From Akkermansia sp. (GTDB lineage: Bacteria > Verrucomicrobiota > Verrucomicrobiia > Verrucomicrobiales > Akkermansiaceae): DNA of 64,000 nucleotides. The notes under the pieces were generated by a model, which was given only the letters and a program-made list of their open reading frames with translations, searched no databases and was not told the DNA's origin. Made by a program: the position numbers and the translations under genes. Shown here piece by piece: positions 28,356-37,959 of this stretch; position 1 is the stretch's first letter; every line of letters starts with the position of its first letter. The stretch is from the NCBI GenBank assembly GCA_045540095.1, contig JAZQGN010000015.1, positions 89,397-153,396 on the forward strand, read 5' to 3'.

Positions 28356-30794
28356 GTGAATATTCACATAACCGGAGCCTCGCAGAATAATCTGCGCCAC
28401 GTTAATCTTACCTTGCCTTCCGGTAAGATTATAGCGCTGATGGGACCAAGCGGGTCCGGCAAGAGCACGCTGGCTCACGATACACTTTTTGCTGAATCCC
28501 GTCGGCGCTTTCTGGATTGCCTTTCCACAGGAGCCCGTAGGCTTCTTGCGCGCCCGGAAAAGCCTAGAGTAGATGCTATAGATGGACTGCCTCCCGCACT
28601 TTGTTTGGAGCAGCATATGCCCTCCGGTCATCATCGCGCTGTGCTCGGCTCCATTACTGAAACGCTGGATTATCTCCGTATCATTTATGCGGCTATCGGC
28701 ATTCCTCATGACCCTGCCACCGGTGAAATGCTTACCCGCTTGAGTCCGGATGAGATTACATCGACCTTATGTTCATTGCCGGAAGGTACTCGGCTTACGC
28801 TCCTCGCACCTCTTTCCCCTGCTTTCGGTAGAGAGCCGCAGAGTGACATTCTTCAACTGAGGAAGCTAGGATATTTACGAGTTCGTGTTGCGGGGCAAAT
28901 TCGAGATTTGGAGGAACTCGAATCCAATCCTCCACGTGAGGGGGATGTGTGCGAGCTTGTGGTGGACCGTATCATCATACGCGCTGGAGGTGAAGCCCGT
29001 GTGGCGGATTCCGTACAAGTGGCATTGAGGCTGTGGCCGGATGAACTTCGCGCTCTCATTCAGCAAAAGGGAGACGAGCCGCGGCTAAGCTGTTTCCATA
29101 CGCGTTACCGGAATGCTGATACGGGCTTTACTCTGCCGGATTTAACTCCGGGATTTTTCTCACATTATTCGCCCCGAGGCTTTTGTACTGAATGCGAGGG
29201 TTCAGGTATGAAAGAGAAGTCTAACGGGGAGTCTATCGTATGCCCTGCATGCAAAGGAATGCGTTTGAACCCGGTAGCTCTTGCTGTCACCTTGCTTTTC
29301 GGCGAGAAAGAGATTAATCTGGGAGATTTTTGTTCTCTCACCGTACAAAAGAATCGAGATATGCTGTCGGAGCTAAGCATACCTCCGGTGTTTCAAGAAG
29401 CCCTTCAAACAGCAGTGCATGAATTACAGCGCCGCCTGGATTGCCTGATTGAGCTTGGACTGGGGTACCTCTCACTCTCTCGCTCAGCGTCCACGCTTTC
29501 AGGCGGAGAGCTGCAACGTGCCAGACTCGCCGGGCAGATAGGAGGAGGTCTCTCCGGCGTTCTTTATATTCTGGATGAACCAACTATTGGTCTGCACCCT
29601 ACAGAAACTGCAAAGCTCATTACAGCGCTCAAACGCTTGCGTGATAAAGGCAATACTATCCTCGTGGTGGAACATGACCCGCAACTGCTGGCTGAAGCGG
29701 ATTGGCTAGTGGAAATGGGGCCGGGAAGCGGTCCGGAGGGCGGAGCTGTGCTTGCAGAAGGCACATATATGGACTTCTTGTCAAATGTGAGCTCTCCTAC
29801 TTCCGCATGGCTATCCGGTCGGAAACAATTTTCTGAGGCAAGCGCCTTGGATGTTCAGGCTAGCAAGTGGGCGGAACTTCGCCACGCTAAGGCTCGCAAT
29901 CTGAAAGATGTTACACTGCGCTTTCCTTTGGGGGCATTTACTTGCCTGAGTGGCCCCGGAGGTTCTGGCAAGAGTACACTTGTACATGAATGTCTGCTGC
30001 CTGCGATGAAAGCCGGCAAAGTAAAGGGGGCGGAGGGGCTGGCCAGAGCAGTTCTGCTGGATCAGAGCCCTCTTGGTGCGTCACCGAGGTCAACCCCTGC
30101 AACAGCTACAGGACTGCTGGACGCCCTGCGTCCGTTATATGCAGCACTCCCTCTTTCTCGCCAAAGGGGGTACACCGCCGCACGATTCTCACTGAACGCT
30201 CGTGGCGGTCGCTGTGAGCGCTGCGGAGGCAGCGGCCGCCTGCAGGTGGATATGAATTTCCTTGCTGACCTGTACACTCCTTGTGATGCTTGCCATGGTT
30301 CACGTTATAATAGGGAGACTCTCGAGGTAACTTGGCGGGGTAAATCTATTGCCCAGGCTCTGGCTCAAACTGTGGACGAAGCTCTAGAATTCTTTGCACC
30401 AATTCCCTCAGCCGCGGCCATTCTGCAAGCTATGCATGATATTGGGCTCGGTTACATGCCTCTGGATCGCGCTGTGACTACTCTTTCTGGCGGTGAGGCG
30501 CAGCGTGTGAAGATTGCTACATATCTAGCGAAAGCCGCCCCTAAACGTGGGCGTAGAGATGGCGAGAAACTCCTTTTTGTGCTGGATGAACCCTCCACCG
30601 GATTACACTTCCGCGAGGTTGACATGTTGTTACGGGCTCTATACCGTCTGCGCACGGCCGGACATACCGTGCTGTGCATTGAGCACCACCAGGGAATCCT
30701 ATCTTGTGCAGATTATCTTATTGAACTAGGCCCCGGAGCCGGAGATGATGGCGGGCAGATTGTCTATGCCGGCACACCAAAGGCCGCGACATGA
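28356..30794 (+). CDS. uvrA: excinuclease ABC subunit A-like ATPase lacking the insertion domain
   Basis: GASQNNL, GPSGSGKST, LSGGELQR, ILDEPTIGLH, second NBD (GPGGSGKST, LSGGEAQR, LDEPSTGLH), Zn finger CERC..CDAC; 812 aa. Confidence 0.88.
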   Translation: MNIHITGASQNNLRHVNLTLPSGKIIALMGPSGSGKSTLAHDTLFAESRRRFLDCLSTGARRLLARPEKPRVDAIDGLPPALCLEQHMPSGHHRAVLGSITETLDYLRIIYAAIGIPHDPATGEMLTRLSPDEITSTLCSLPEGTRLTLLAPLSPAFGREPQSDILQLRKLGYLRVRVAGQIRDLEELESNPPREGDVCELVVDRIIIRAGGEARVADSVQVALRLWPDELRALIQQKGDEPRLSCFHTRYRNADTGFTLPDLTPGFFSHYSPRGFCTECEGSGMKEKSNGESIVCPACKGMRLNPVALAVTLLFGEKEINLGDFCSLTVQKNRDMLSELSIPPVFQEALQTAVHELQRRLDCLIELGLGYLSLSRSASTLSGGELQRARLAGQIGGGLSGVLYILDEPTIGLHPTETAKLITALKRLRDKGNTILVVEHDPQLLAEADWLVEMGPGSGPEGGAVLAEGTYMDFLSNVSSPTSAWLSGRKQFSEASALDVQASKWAELRHAKARNLKDVTLRFPLGAFTCLSGPGGSGKSTLVHECLLPAMKAGKVKGAEGLARAVLLDQSPLGASPRSTPATATGLLDALRPLYAALPLSRQRGYTAARFSLNARGGRCERCGGSGRLQVDMNFLADLYTPCDACHGSRYNRETLEVTWRGKSIAQALAQTVDEALEFFAPIPSAAAILQAMHDIGLGYMPLDRAVTTLSGGEAQRVKIATYLAKAAPKRGRRDGEKLLFVLDEPSTGLHFREVDMLLRALYRLRTAGHTVLCIEHHQGILSCADYLIELGPGAGDDGGQIVYAGTPKAAT

Positions 30795-30839
30795 CGCCTT
30801 AAAACGCGTAGTGCCGTGACAATGTACGAACGGGTTCAT

Positions 30840-31766
30840 TTACTGCCGACGAAGCCGCAGGATATGAACCGGGCCTTGTGTGGCCTGAACGGGGAACTTT
30901 ACATTACCCGGGAATACAAGATAGTGCTGTCCGCTGCGCGGCAGGCTGAACGTAGCAAACTTGCGTACATCATCTCGTGTGGTGGGAAGGGGCATTGTTT
31001 CCAGTATGGTGCCGTCTGCTGTCACTAATTGTACCATTATTTCCGCGTCTACGCGAGGCTGCACGTCCACCATCAATCTCTGCATGTCGGGTGGCAGACC
31101 ATTTTCTGCATACCAGGCCGCAGCGAGTTTGCGGTAGCGTTCCGTGACATCTTCTGCTGTGATGCGGTTGCTGCGCATATTACCCACGGGGAAAATTCGG
31201 CGCCCCTGTGGGCATTGGGCGACTATCCTCTGCCACGGATGACTCGCATCAAGCATGCCGATATTTTCCATCACCCACGGAGTATTAAAGTCCTTTTCGT
31301 TGAACTCTATCATTTGCCACTCTCCATCCAGCCATACCTCCGGCCATGTATGATTACCTTGTATGTGGTTCCAAGTAGGGATACCTACAGCTCGCGCCGG
31401 TATCCCCACCGAACGGAAGGCGCATACCATGAGTATGGTCTGCCCGGTGCATGAGATTTTTTTCTCCTCAAGTGCTTCCAGCGCATTCATATCCTGCTTG
31501 CGGCGTTCTGCAGAATAGTATGTACCGGTCAACTCCGTCATATGAGATGCGATATGGAGAACTGCCTCTCTTGCGGAATTACAGTGCTGCACAGCCGGCT
31601 GAAAAATGGCACCAACCGGTCCGCGCCAGTCACAGGCCTCCTCACTAAGCACGCGGTCTGGCTCCAGATAATTCGTGCGAATGTCCGCAGGAATCTCCAT
31701 CTGCCACTCAGCAAGAGCGGGACAGACGATTGCAACGAAGGTTAAAAGTGCGACGAGGGGCTTCAT
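30840..31766 (-). CDS. exported transglutaminase-like protein
   Basis: signal peptide; SCTGQTI..AFRSVGIPAR, NHTWPEV; start overlaps miaB stop (ATGA). Confidence 0.8.
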   Translation of the reverse strand: MKPLVALLTFVAIVCPALAEWQMEIPADIRTNYLEPDRVLSEEACDWRGPVGAIFQPAVQHCNSAREAVLHIASHMTELTGTYYSAERRKQDMNALEALEEKKISCTGQTILMVCAFRSVGIPARAVGIPTWNHIQGNHTWPEVWLDGEWQMIEFNEKDFNTPWVMENIGMLDASHPWQRIVAQCPQGRRIFPVGNMRSNRITAEDVTERYRKLAAAWYAENGLPPDMQRLMVDVQPRVDAEIMVQLVTADGTILETMPLPTTRDDVRKFATFSLPRSGQHYLVFPGNVKFPVQATQGPVHILRLRRQ

Positions 31767-33124
31767 TTCTGTACAGAACCGTAAAGCGTAAACCCGGTAC
31801 ATTCATCAATCCGGACGGGAACAATGCTGCCAACTTCAGCTGTGCCGCCATCAATGATAACGGGCTTGTTCTGAGATGTGCGTCCTTGAAGACGCTCCGG
31901 ATTGTTCTTACTGGGACCTTCCACCAGAATGGTCTGCTGAGAACCCACCAAGGCCATGTTGCGCGCGGTGGCGATGCGGTTCACACACTCCAGCAGGTCA
32001 TGGTTTCGTTCTTCCTTCACACGCAGGCAAATTTGCTCAGCCATAGCGGCAGCAGGTGTATCCCGACGCGGGGAATACTGGAATATAAAGGCATTGTCAA
32101 ACTGAATGCGCTCCACTGCAGCTTTTGTCTGCAGATAGTCCTCATCCGTCTCTCCGGGGAATCCGACAATGATATCCGTCGTGATGGCAAGGTCAGGGCG
32201 TGCCTCTCGCATGGCCTCACAAAGCTGAAGATATTTTTCATTCTTGTAGGGGCGCAGCATGAGTTTGAGAATACGATCACTACCACTCTGCATAGGGAAG
32301 TGAATGTGGCTGCAGAGTTTAGGAAGATAGGTGTAAGCATTCACCAAATCCTGACGGAATCCTATGGGATGGGGGGAGGTGAAGCGAATACGCTCCAATC
32401 CATCAATCTCGTGCAGTGCTTCCAGCAGGCGGACAAAGGCGCCGCTGCCATTCACTACAGGCTCATCCTTACCGTAACGGTTCACAATCTGCCCCAGCAG
32501 GGTGATTTCCTTCACACCACGGGCCACAAGCTCACGGGCTTCCACCAGAATATCTTCCTGAGGGCGGCTGCATTCACTGCCGCGAGTGCTAGGAACAATG
32601 CAGTACGAGCACTTCATATCACAGCCCTGCATAATGGAAACGAAGGCTGTACAGTTACCGGCAGGGGGCAGGTGGTCCTTAATGGCATTTTGGAAACCAT
32701 CTTCATGGTCCACCGCGCAGATGTGAGCGCCACGGCGGAACGGTTCTGTGATATTCTGCCCCAAGCGGCTGCGCAACAGGCGATTGCAATGTTTGTACAC
32801 ATTATGATACTGGCGAGTGCCACACACCAAATCAAGACGGGGTAAATCACGGAAAAGGCTGCGCTGACGGCTCTGACACATGCAGCCCATAAATCCATAC
32901 ACAACCCAAGGCTTCGCGGTGGGACGGGAACAGAGTAACCCCATCTTCCCCAAAGCCTTAAGCTCTGCCTTTTCACGCACAGAGCAGGTGTTGATAAGGA
33001 TGACATCAGCCTCAGCTTCATCCTTCGTTATCTCATAACCACCTGCCAGAAACATGCTCAGCACCTGTTCGCTGTCACGTTCGTTCATCTGGCAACCATA
33101 AGTCTTTATCAGTACACTCGGCAT
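31763..33124 (-). CDS. miaB: tRNA-i6A37 methylthiotransferase
   Basis: TYGCQMN, NTCSVRE, GCMCQ, radical-SAM GCDMKCSYC, RFTSPHP, TTDIIVGFPGET, TRAM domain. Confidence 0.95.
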   Translation of the reverse strand: MPSVLIKTYGCQMNERDSEQVLSMFLAGGYEITKDEAEADVILINTCSVREKAELKALGKMGLLCSRPTAKPWVVYGFMGCMCQSRQRSLFRDLPRLDLVCGTRQYHNVYKHCNRLLRSRLGQNITEPFRRGAHICAVDHEDGFQNAIKDHLPPAGNCTAFVSIMQGCDMKCSYCIVPSTRGSECSRPQEDILVEARELVARGVKEITLLGQIVNRYGKDEPVVNGSGAFVRLLEALHEIDGLERIRFTSPHPIGFRQDLVNAYTYLPKLCSHIHFPMQSGSDRILKLMLRPYKNEKYLQLCEAMREARPDLAITTDIIVGFPGETDEDYLQTKAAVERIQFDNAFIFQYSPRRDTPAAAMAEQICLRVKEERNHDLLECVNRIATARNMALVGSQQTILVEGPSKNNPERLQGRTSQNKPVIIDGGTAEVGSIVPVRIDECTGFTLYGSVQK

Positions 33125-33344
33125 TGTTTCAGTTTCGTGTTACTAGTTACGCGTTGCGCGCGTGAGTCTAGCAGCTCCGTGCCCATTTTGCAAGTCTTTT
33201 TACCTCATTAGCTATATTGTGTACTTTATGAATGTGTACGTGTACCTAAGGAATGAATATACAAGTGTAGCATCGGTATAAATCATGTCTCGGAAAGGCC
33301 TTGCCACATGAATACATATATGATAGTTTGTGAGCGTCTACTTC

Positions 33345-34163
33345 ATGTACGTTTTTCAACTGCTTTTCATCCTCTTTCTAGTGTTCATTCCTGCGGGCCT
33401 ATGCTCACCGGGAGTGCAGAAGAGGTATGAACCTATCAGTTTGAATTATTTAGTAACGCCACCACTGCCGTCCGCTCCGCTCGTTCAATATCGCGATCCC
33501 AATGTTGCTATGGTGCGACGTTCTCGCGAACCTGTTCTCATCGATATCAATCCATCTTGGAACTTGACGGAGGCGCAGGCTAACCTCTTGCACAGCCTTC
33601 CCCGGCGGGTTGAACAAGACGGGCGCGTTCGCTTTATTTATCCGGAAGATGAGGAATCCATCTCTGAGCCTATGCCGGATGGTACCGTCTTTACTAGCCA
33701 ACAGCTCCGCCGCATACGCCGCGCTAGGAGAGCCGCCCGAGATGTGGCTATGTGGCATGCACGAAGAGCGGCAGAAGCATATAACCGAGCGCATTCGGAA
33801 ACGCTCTCCGCCATGGAGAAGAAAGGGCTACATATTATCATCCGCCTTGGTGAACAAAAAGGATACCTGATGCTTGGAAATCGGCAACTTCGGGCGTTCA
33901 GAATATGCAGTGGAAAAAGCGCTACTCCCACGCCAACCGGGCATTTTCATGTACTGGAAAAGCACAGAGAACACAGGTCTAATCTGTACAATAATGCCTC
34001 AATGCCGTTCTTCTTGCGCCTGACCTTTGATGGCGTAGGCCTCCACCAAGGCAGAGTTCGCTCCCGGCCGTCATCTCATGGTTGCATCCGCCTCACAATG
34101 AATGATGCAAGATATCTCTTTGAACATTGCGATATCGGCACGGCTGTATTCGTGGAGAATTAA
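33345..34163 (+). CDS. L,D-transpeptidase (YkuD) family protein
   Basis: N-terminal hydrophobic segment; TPTGHF, ASMPFFLRL, GVGLHQG, SHGCIRL; alternative GTG start at 33330. Confidence 0.88.
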   Translation: MYVFQLLFILFLVFIPAGLCSPGVQKRYEPISLNYLVTPPLPSAPLVQYRDPNVAMVRRSREPVLIDINPSWNLTEAQANLLHSLPRRVEQDGRVRFIYPEDEESISEPMPDGTVFTSQQLRRIRRARRAARDVAMWHARRAAEAYNRAHSETLSAMEKKGLHIIIRLGEQKGYLMLGNRQLRAFRICSGKSATPTPTGHFHVLEKHREHRSNLYNNASMPFFLRLTFDGVGLHQGRVRSRPSSHGCIRLTMNDARYLFEHCDIGTAVFVEN

Positions 34164-34181
34164 GCACCTTAGTAAAGGCGC

Positions 34182-34838
34182 TTAATTCTCGTATAGCGTG
34201 GGGTCCGGAACCCCGGCGGCACTAAATGAGGCGCGGCGTTCACGGCATGTGGCACATTGGCCACAGTGCCTCTCCCGGCCACAATAACAAGAATAAGTGT
34301 GGAAAAAATCGACTCCGAGCGAGGCACCAATTGCTGTGATTTCTTCTTTGCTATTTGCAATGAAGGGACGCAAAATCTGAAGATTGACGTATGTTCCCAG
34401 AGAAATAGCGGAGGACATGGCAGCCATGAAATCTTCCCGGCAGTCCGGATAAAGAGCATGGTCTCCCCCATGCGCAGCAATAACTATACCTTCAGCGCCA
34501 TTGCTCTCTGCAATACCTGCGGCTATAGCAAGGAAAATTCCATTACGGAAGGGCACAACCGTTTGTTTCAGATTCTCCTCAGCATAATCTGCTGAGGGTA
34601 TCGCATCCGCGCCGCTAAGAAGAGCGCTGCGAAGGTGCGTTGAGATGCTGCGCAGATTAATTTCATGATAGGCTACCCCGAGCTTCTCAGCTTGGTAGCG
34701 GGCACAAGCTAGCTCTTTTGCCCCATGATTACTGCCGTAATCAAAAGAGAGGGCGCACACAACCTCATGGTGGTGGTGCGCCCAGTAAAGTGCGGTGGTG
34801 GAATCCAGCCCGCCGGAGAGCAGAACTGCTACTTTCAT
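34182..34838 (-). CDS. queC: 7-cyano-7-deazaguanine synthase
   Basis: LLSGGLDST, VPFRN, YPDCR, SCY, CGQCATC. Confidence 0.95.
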   Translation of the reverse strand: MKVAVLLSGGLDSTTALYWAHHHHEVVCALSFDYGSNHGAKELACARYQAEKLGVAYHEINLRSISTHLRSALLSGADAIPSADYAEENLKQTVVPFRNGIFLAIAAGIAESNGAEGIVIAAHGGDHALYPDCREDFMAAMSSAISLGTYVNLQILRPFIANSKEEITAIGASLGVDFFHTYSCYCGRERHCGQCATCRERRASFSAAGVPDPTLYEN

Positions 34839-35248
34839 GCGGGACGATTTTCCGGCTGATGCTCGGCTGTGCAGGTAAGTTGAATGCCGCCACGTGCTCC
34901 GAACTTACCCTCCACCTTCATCCATGCAGGGGCTACAGCAGCCACAAGGTCATCCAGAATACGGTTGACTACCTGTTCATTGAAAGCTGCATAGTTACGG
35001 AAGGAAACAAGATAATACTTCAGACTCTTGGTTTCCACAACTTTTTCTGCAGGAGTATAAGTAATGGTGAGCTCGCAACTGTCCGGCTGTCCGGTTACGG
35101 GGCAAAGTGAAGAGAACTCATATGTGGTAAGAGTTACCACGTATGGACGCTGCGGACTACGGTTAGGGAAAGCTTCAAGCTTAGCCTCCTCCGGAGTGCG
35201 GAAGAACTCGCTGTGCTTGCCGAGCAGAGAAAGATCCTTGTTATCCAT
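34835..35248 (-). CDS. queF: preQ0 reductase (unimodular QueF)
   Basis: EFSSLCPVTGQPD, ETKSLKYY QueF motif, RGGI. Confidence 0.93.
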   Translation of the reverse strand: MDNKDLSLLGKHSEFFRTPEEAKLEAFPNRSPQRPYVVTLTTYEFSSLCPVTGQPDSCELTITYTPAEKVVETKSLKYYLVSFRNYAAFNEQVVNRILDDLVAAVAPAWMKVEGKFGARGGIQLTCTAEHQPENRPA

Positions 35249-35254
35249 GATATT

Positions 35255-36670
35255 TTATGCCTTGGTGAGTTTATAGCCATCCTTGCCATCCTTCATGGCC
35301 CAGCCAAGTTCGGCAAGCTTGCCGCGGAGGGCGTCAGCCGTGGCCCAATCTTTAGCCAAACGAGCGGCCCAGCGCTCATCTGCTATAGCCTTAATGTCCT
35401 CAGGAACTTCAATATCGGCATCCGGATCCGGGAGCTGCAGACCAAGGGCTTCCATAATGAAGCGGAAAGCACTCCATACTGCCGTAGCGGCAGCAGCATC
35501 CAGCTCAGAGGGCTTAATGCCCTTCATTGCGCTGAATACATGCCCGAGGGCTTCAGGCCCATTCAAATCGTCCTCAAGGCTATCCCATGCGGGCTGGAAC
35601 GCGCCAAGATCAGGAGCCTTCTTGACGAGGTCACGATAGGTAGGCTCCTTAGCGCCGCTGGCCTTGGCAAGCTCCTTATCGAAACGGCCAAGCTTGTTGA
35701 GGGCGCTAGTGGCATCCTTCATGCCGGAAAGGGTAAAGTTCAGAGGGCGGCGATAATAAGCACCTGCCAGCACATAGCGAAGAGCAGCCGGGGTGTAACC
35801 CATTTCCTGAAGCTGATCCAGAGTGTACATATTACCGAGACTCTTGCTCATCTTGGCGCCATCCACCAGAAGGTGGGTTACATGGAACCAATGGCGCGCA
35901 AACTCACCACCGCAGGCACAGCGGCTCTGAGCTATCTCATTCTCGTGATGGGGAAACACGAGGTCTACACCACCGGAGTGCAAGTCAAAGGTGTCTCCCA
36001 GGTACTTATGGCTCATGGCAGAGCATTCGAGGTGCCAGCCAGGGCGTCCCTCGCCCCAGGGGGAGGACCAGAAGTTAGGGCCGTCCTCAGGGCGGCGAGC
36101 TTTCCACAGCACGAAGTCAGCTACGCTATCCTTTTCGTACTCATCCGTATCAGCACGAGTGTTAGCTGTCTTGCCGAGGTCCAGTTCCTGACGGTCGAGA
36201 TGTGCCAAGCGACCGTACTCGGAGTATGAAGAGATGCGGAAGTATACAGAGCCGTCATCGCTCTGGTAGGCATGATTACCCTCCATAAGCTTCTGAACGA
36301 TGTCAAGCTGCTCCTTGATATGGCCAACGGCACTGGGCTCAACGTGCGGAGCAAGGCAGTTCAGCGCCTTGCAGTCATCATGGAACTTGGCAGTCCATTT
36401 GGCCGTATACTCGCCCAGAGGCATCCCCTGAGCCTGAGAATTGCGGATGGTCTTGTCGTCCACATCCGTCAGGTTACGCACATGCTTGGTGCGCAGGCCA
36501 CCAAGCTCCACTACGCGGCGGAAAACATCCTGCACCACGAAGGTTCGGAAATTACCGATATGAGCAGCTGCATACACGGTCGGGCCGCAACAGTAGAAGC
36601 GCAGCTGCTTGCCGTCCTCTGCCTGCACGGGCTTCATCGCCCCCGACTGTGTATCATAAAGGTTTAACAT
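35255..36670 (-). CDS. cysS: cysteine--tRNA ligase
   Basis: YCCGPTVY, HIGN, GRPGWHLECSAM, HSGGVDLVFPHHENE, KMSKS; start at MLNLYDT behind TTGACA-17-CATAAT. Confidence 0.98.
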   Translation of the reverse strand: MLNLYDTQSGAMKPVQAEDGKQLRFYCCGPTVYAAAHIGNFRTFVVQDVFRRVVELGGLRTKHVRNLTDVDDKTIRNSQAQGMPLGEYTAKWTAKFHDDCKALNCLAPHVEPSAVGHIKEQLDIVQKLMEGNHAYQSDDGSVYFRISSYSEYGRLAHLDRQELDLGKTANTRADTDEYEKDSVADFVLWKARRPEDGPNFWSSPWGEGRPGWHLECSAMSHKYLGDTFDLHSGGVDLVFPHHENEIAQSRCACGGEFARHWFHVTHLLVDGAKMSKSLGNMYTLDQLQEMGYTPAALRYVLAGAYYRRPLNFTLSGMKDATSALNKLGRFDKELAKASGAKEPTYRDLVKKAPDLGAFQPAWDSLEDDLNGPEALGHVFSAMKGIKPSELDAAAATAVWSAFRFIMEALGLQLPDPDADIEVPEDIKAIADERWAARLAKDWATADALRGKLAELGWAMKDGKDGYKLTKA

Positions 36671-36800
36671 AACGCACAGTATTATGCCCGCGCGTGCGAG
36701 CTCTGTCAAGTCTACACGGCGTCAGCAGCTCGCAAATGCTCTTTATATATGCACAGCTTTATGCTTTACGGACAGGCGGAAGTCTGCTATTATACGCTCC

Positions 36801-37910
36801 ATGCGGAGAGTTCTGGCCATATTCACAGCTATTCTTACAAGCGGATGCTCTTATTCCACGCCAGGATTCTACACAAGTAACAGTGGGCACGTGATACCTA
36901 ATTCCGGTAGCCATACACCGGAATTAGGGGATAAGGGCGCGATAATGGCATATGCACTGGGCTGCATTGAACAAGTAAGCCCCGAAATTCAGTACCGTTA
37001 TACCGGAAGCGGTGACGCTTTTGAACACGCAAGAAGCGTGGCGGAACAGCTTATGAGAGAAGGTTCTGTTGTGTTTTTCTCGATAACAACAAGAAATAAT
37101 GAGGTGAGCCTTACTCCTATCTACGCTGATAATGTTCTAATGCTGAAGGCGCATGAAGTTCCTCAAATGCGCGCCATGCTGAATGATGATCAGAAGCGAG
37201 CACTTTCCATAGCAGAGGACCTTGTACGTTCTGTCTGTGCCCGGTATAGCTCTGATTACGACCGCGCACTTGCTCTGCATGACCATCTCGTGCAGACCTG
37301 TCAGTATAAAATTGAGCTTCACGGCAAGGATACAGCAAATGCCACCGCTCACCTTTTGCTGACAAGGAAAGGTGTATGTGATTCCTACACGCGAACCTAT
37401 GGACTTCTTCTGAGTATGGCAGGTATTCAGAATATTTTTGTAGCTGGCACCTCACAAAACGGAGAAAATCACTGCTGGAACTTGGTGTTACTAGATAAGC
37501 GTTGGGTTCATGTGGACTGTACGTACAGTGACCCTATGCCGGATGAACCCGGTCGCATTCTTCATTCGCACTTCGCATTACCGGATAAGCTGATAGAACG
37601 GGATCACTGCTGGGACCGTCGTATCTATCCGGCGGCAGTCTCTCCAGAACTGTACTATCCGTACCGTTATGCCTCGTTCCGGAGTGTGTACGACCTTCTT
37701 GTATGGAGCAGGCACAAGAAAGATGGTACTTATGTCACCGCCTATGTGGAAGAATTGGTCTCAGTAGGCATGAGTTCCGAAAGGGTTAATCATCTTTTAA
37801 GTAATGCTTATCGAAGATTGGGCACGCCGGTTATCCAGACCTATGCTCTGGATGAACACTTACCAGGGATAATCATCTTCAAATGTGGTACCCCTGAACC
37901 CGTAAGATGA
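36801..37910 (+). CDS. transglutaminase-like lipoprotein
   Basis: lipobox-like LTSGC; GVCDSY, NHCWN, HVDCTYSD give an intact Cys-His-Asp triad; promoter TTTACG-17-TATTAT-7-ATG. Confidence 0.82.
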   Translation: MRRVLAIFTAILTSGCSYSTPGFYTSNSGHVIPNSGSHTPELGDKGAIMAYALGCIEQVSPEIQYRYTGSGDAFEHARSVAEQLMREGSVVFFSITTRNNEVSLTPIYADNVLMLKAHEVPQMRAMLNDDQKRALSIAEDLVRSVCARYSSDYDRALALHDHLVQTCQYKIELHGKDTANATAHLLLTRKGVCDSYTRTYGLLLSMAGIQNIFVAGTSQNGENHCWNLVLLDKRWVHVDCTYSDPMPDEPGRILHSHFALPDKLIERDHCWDRRIYPAAVSPELYYPYRYASFRSVYDLLVWSRHKKDGTYVTAYVEELVSVGMSSERVNHLLSNAYRRLGTPVIQTYALDEHLPGIIIFKCGTPEPVR

Positions 37911-37959
37911 TGATTTTAGGCTTGCAAAATAGATGGTTTTATGGACAATAGGCTCAGTC

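Noticed and set aside
33200-33320. Repeated TGTGTAC and ATGAAT words between miaB and the L,D-transpeptidase
   Set aside because: Short, irregularly spaced and in AT-rich DNA. Not distinguishable from chance by eye.
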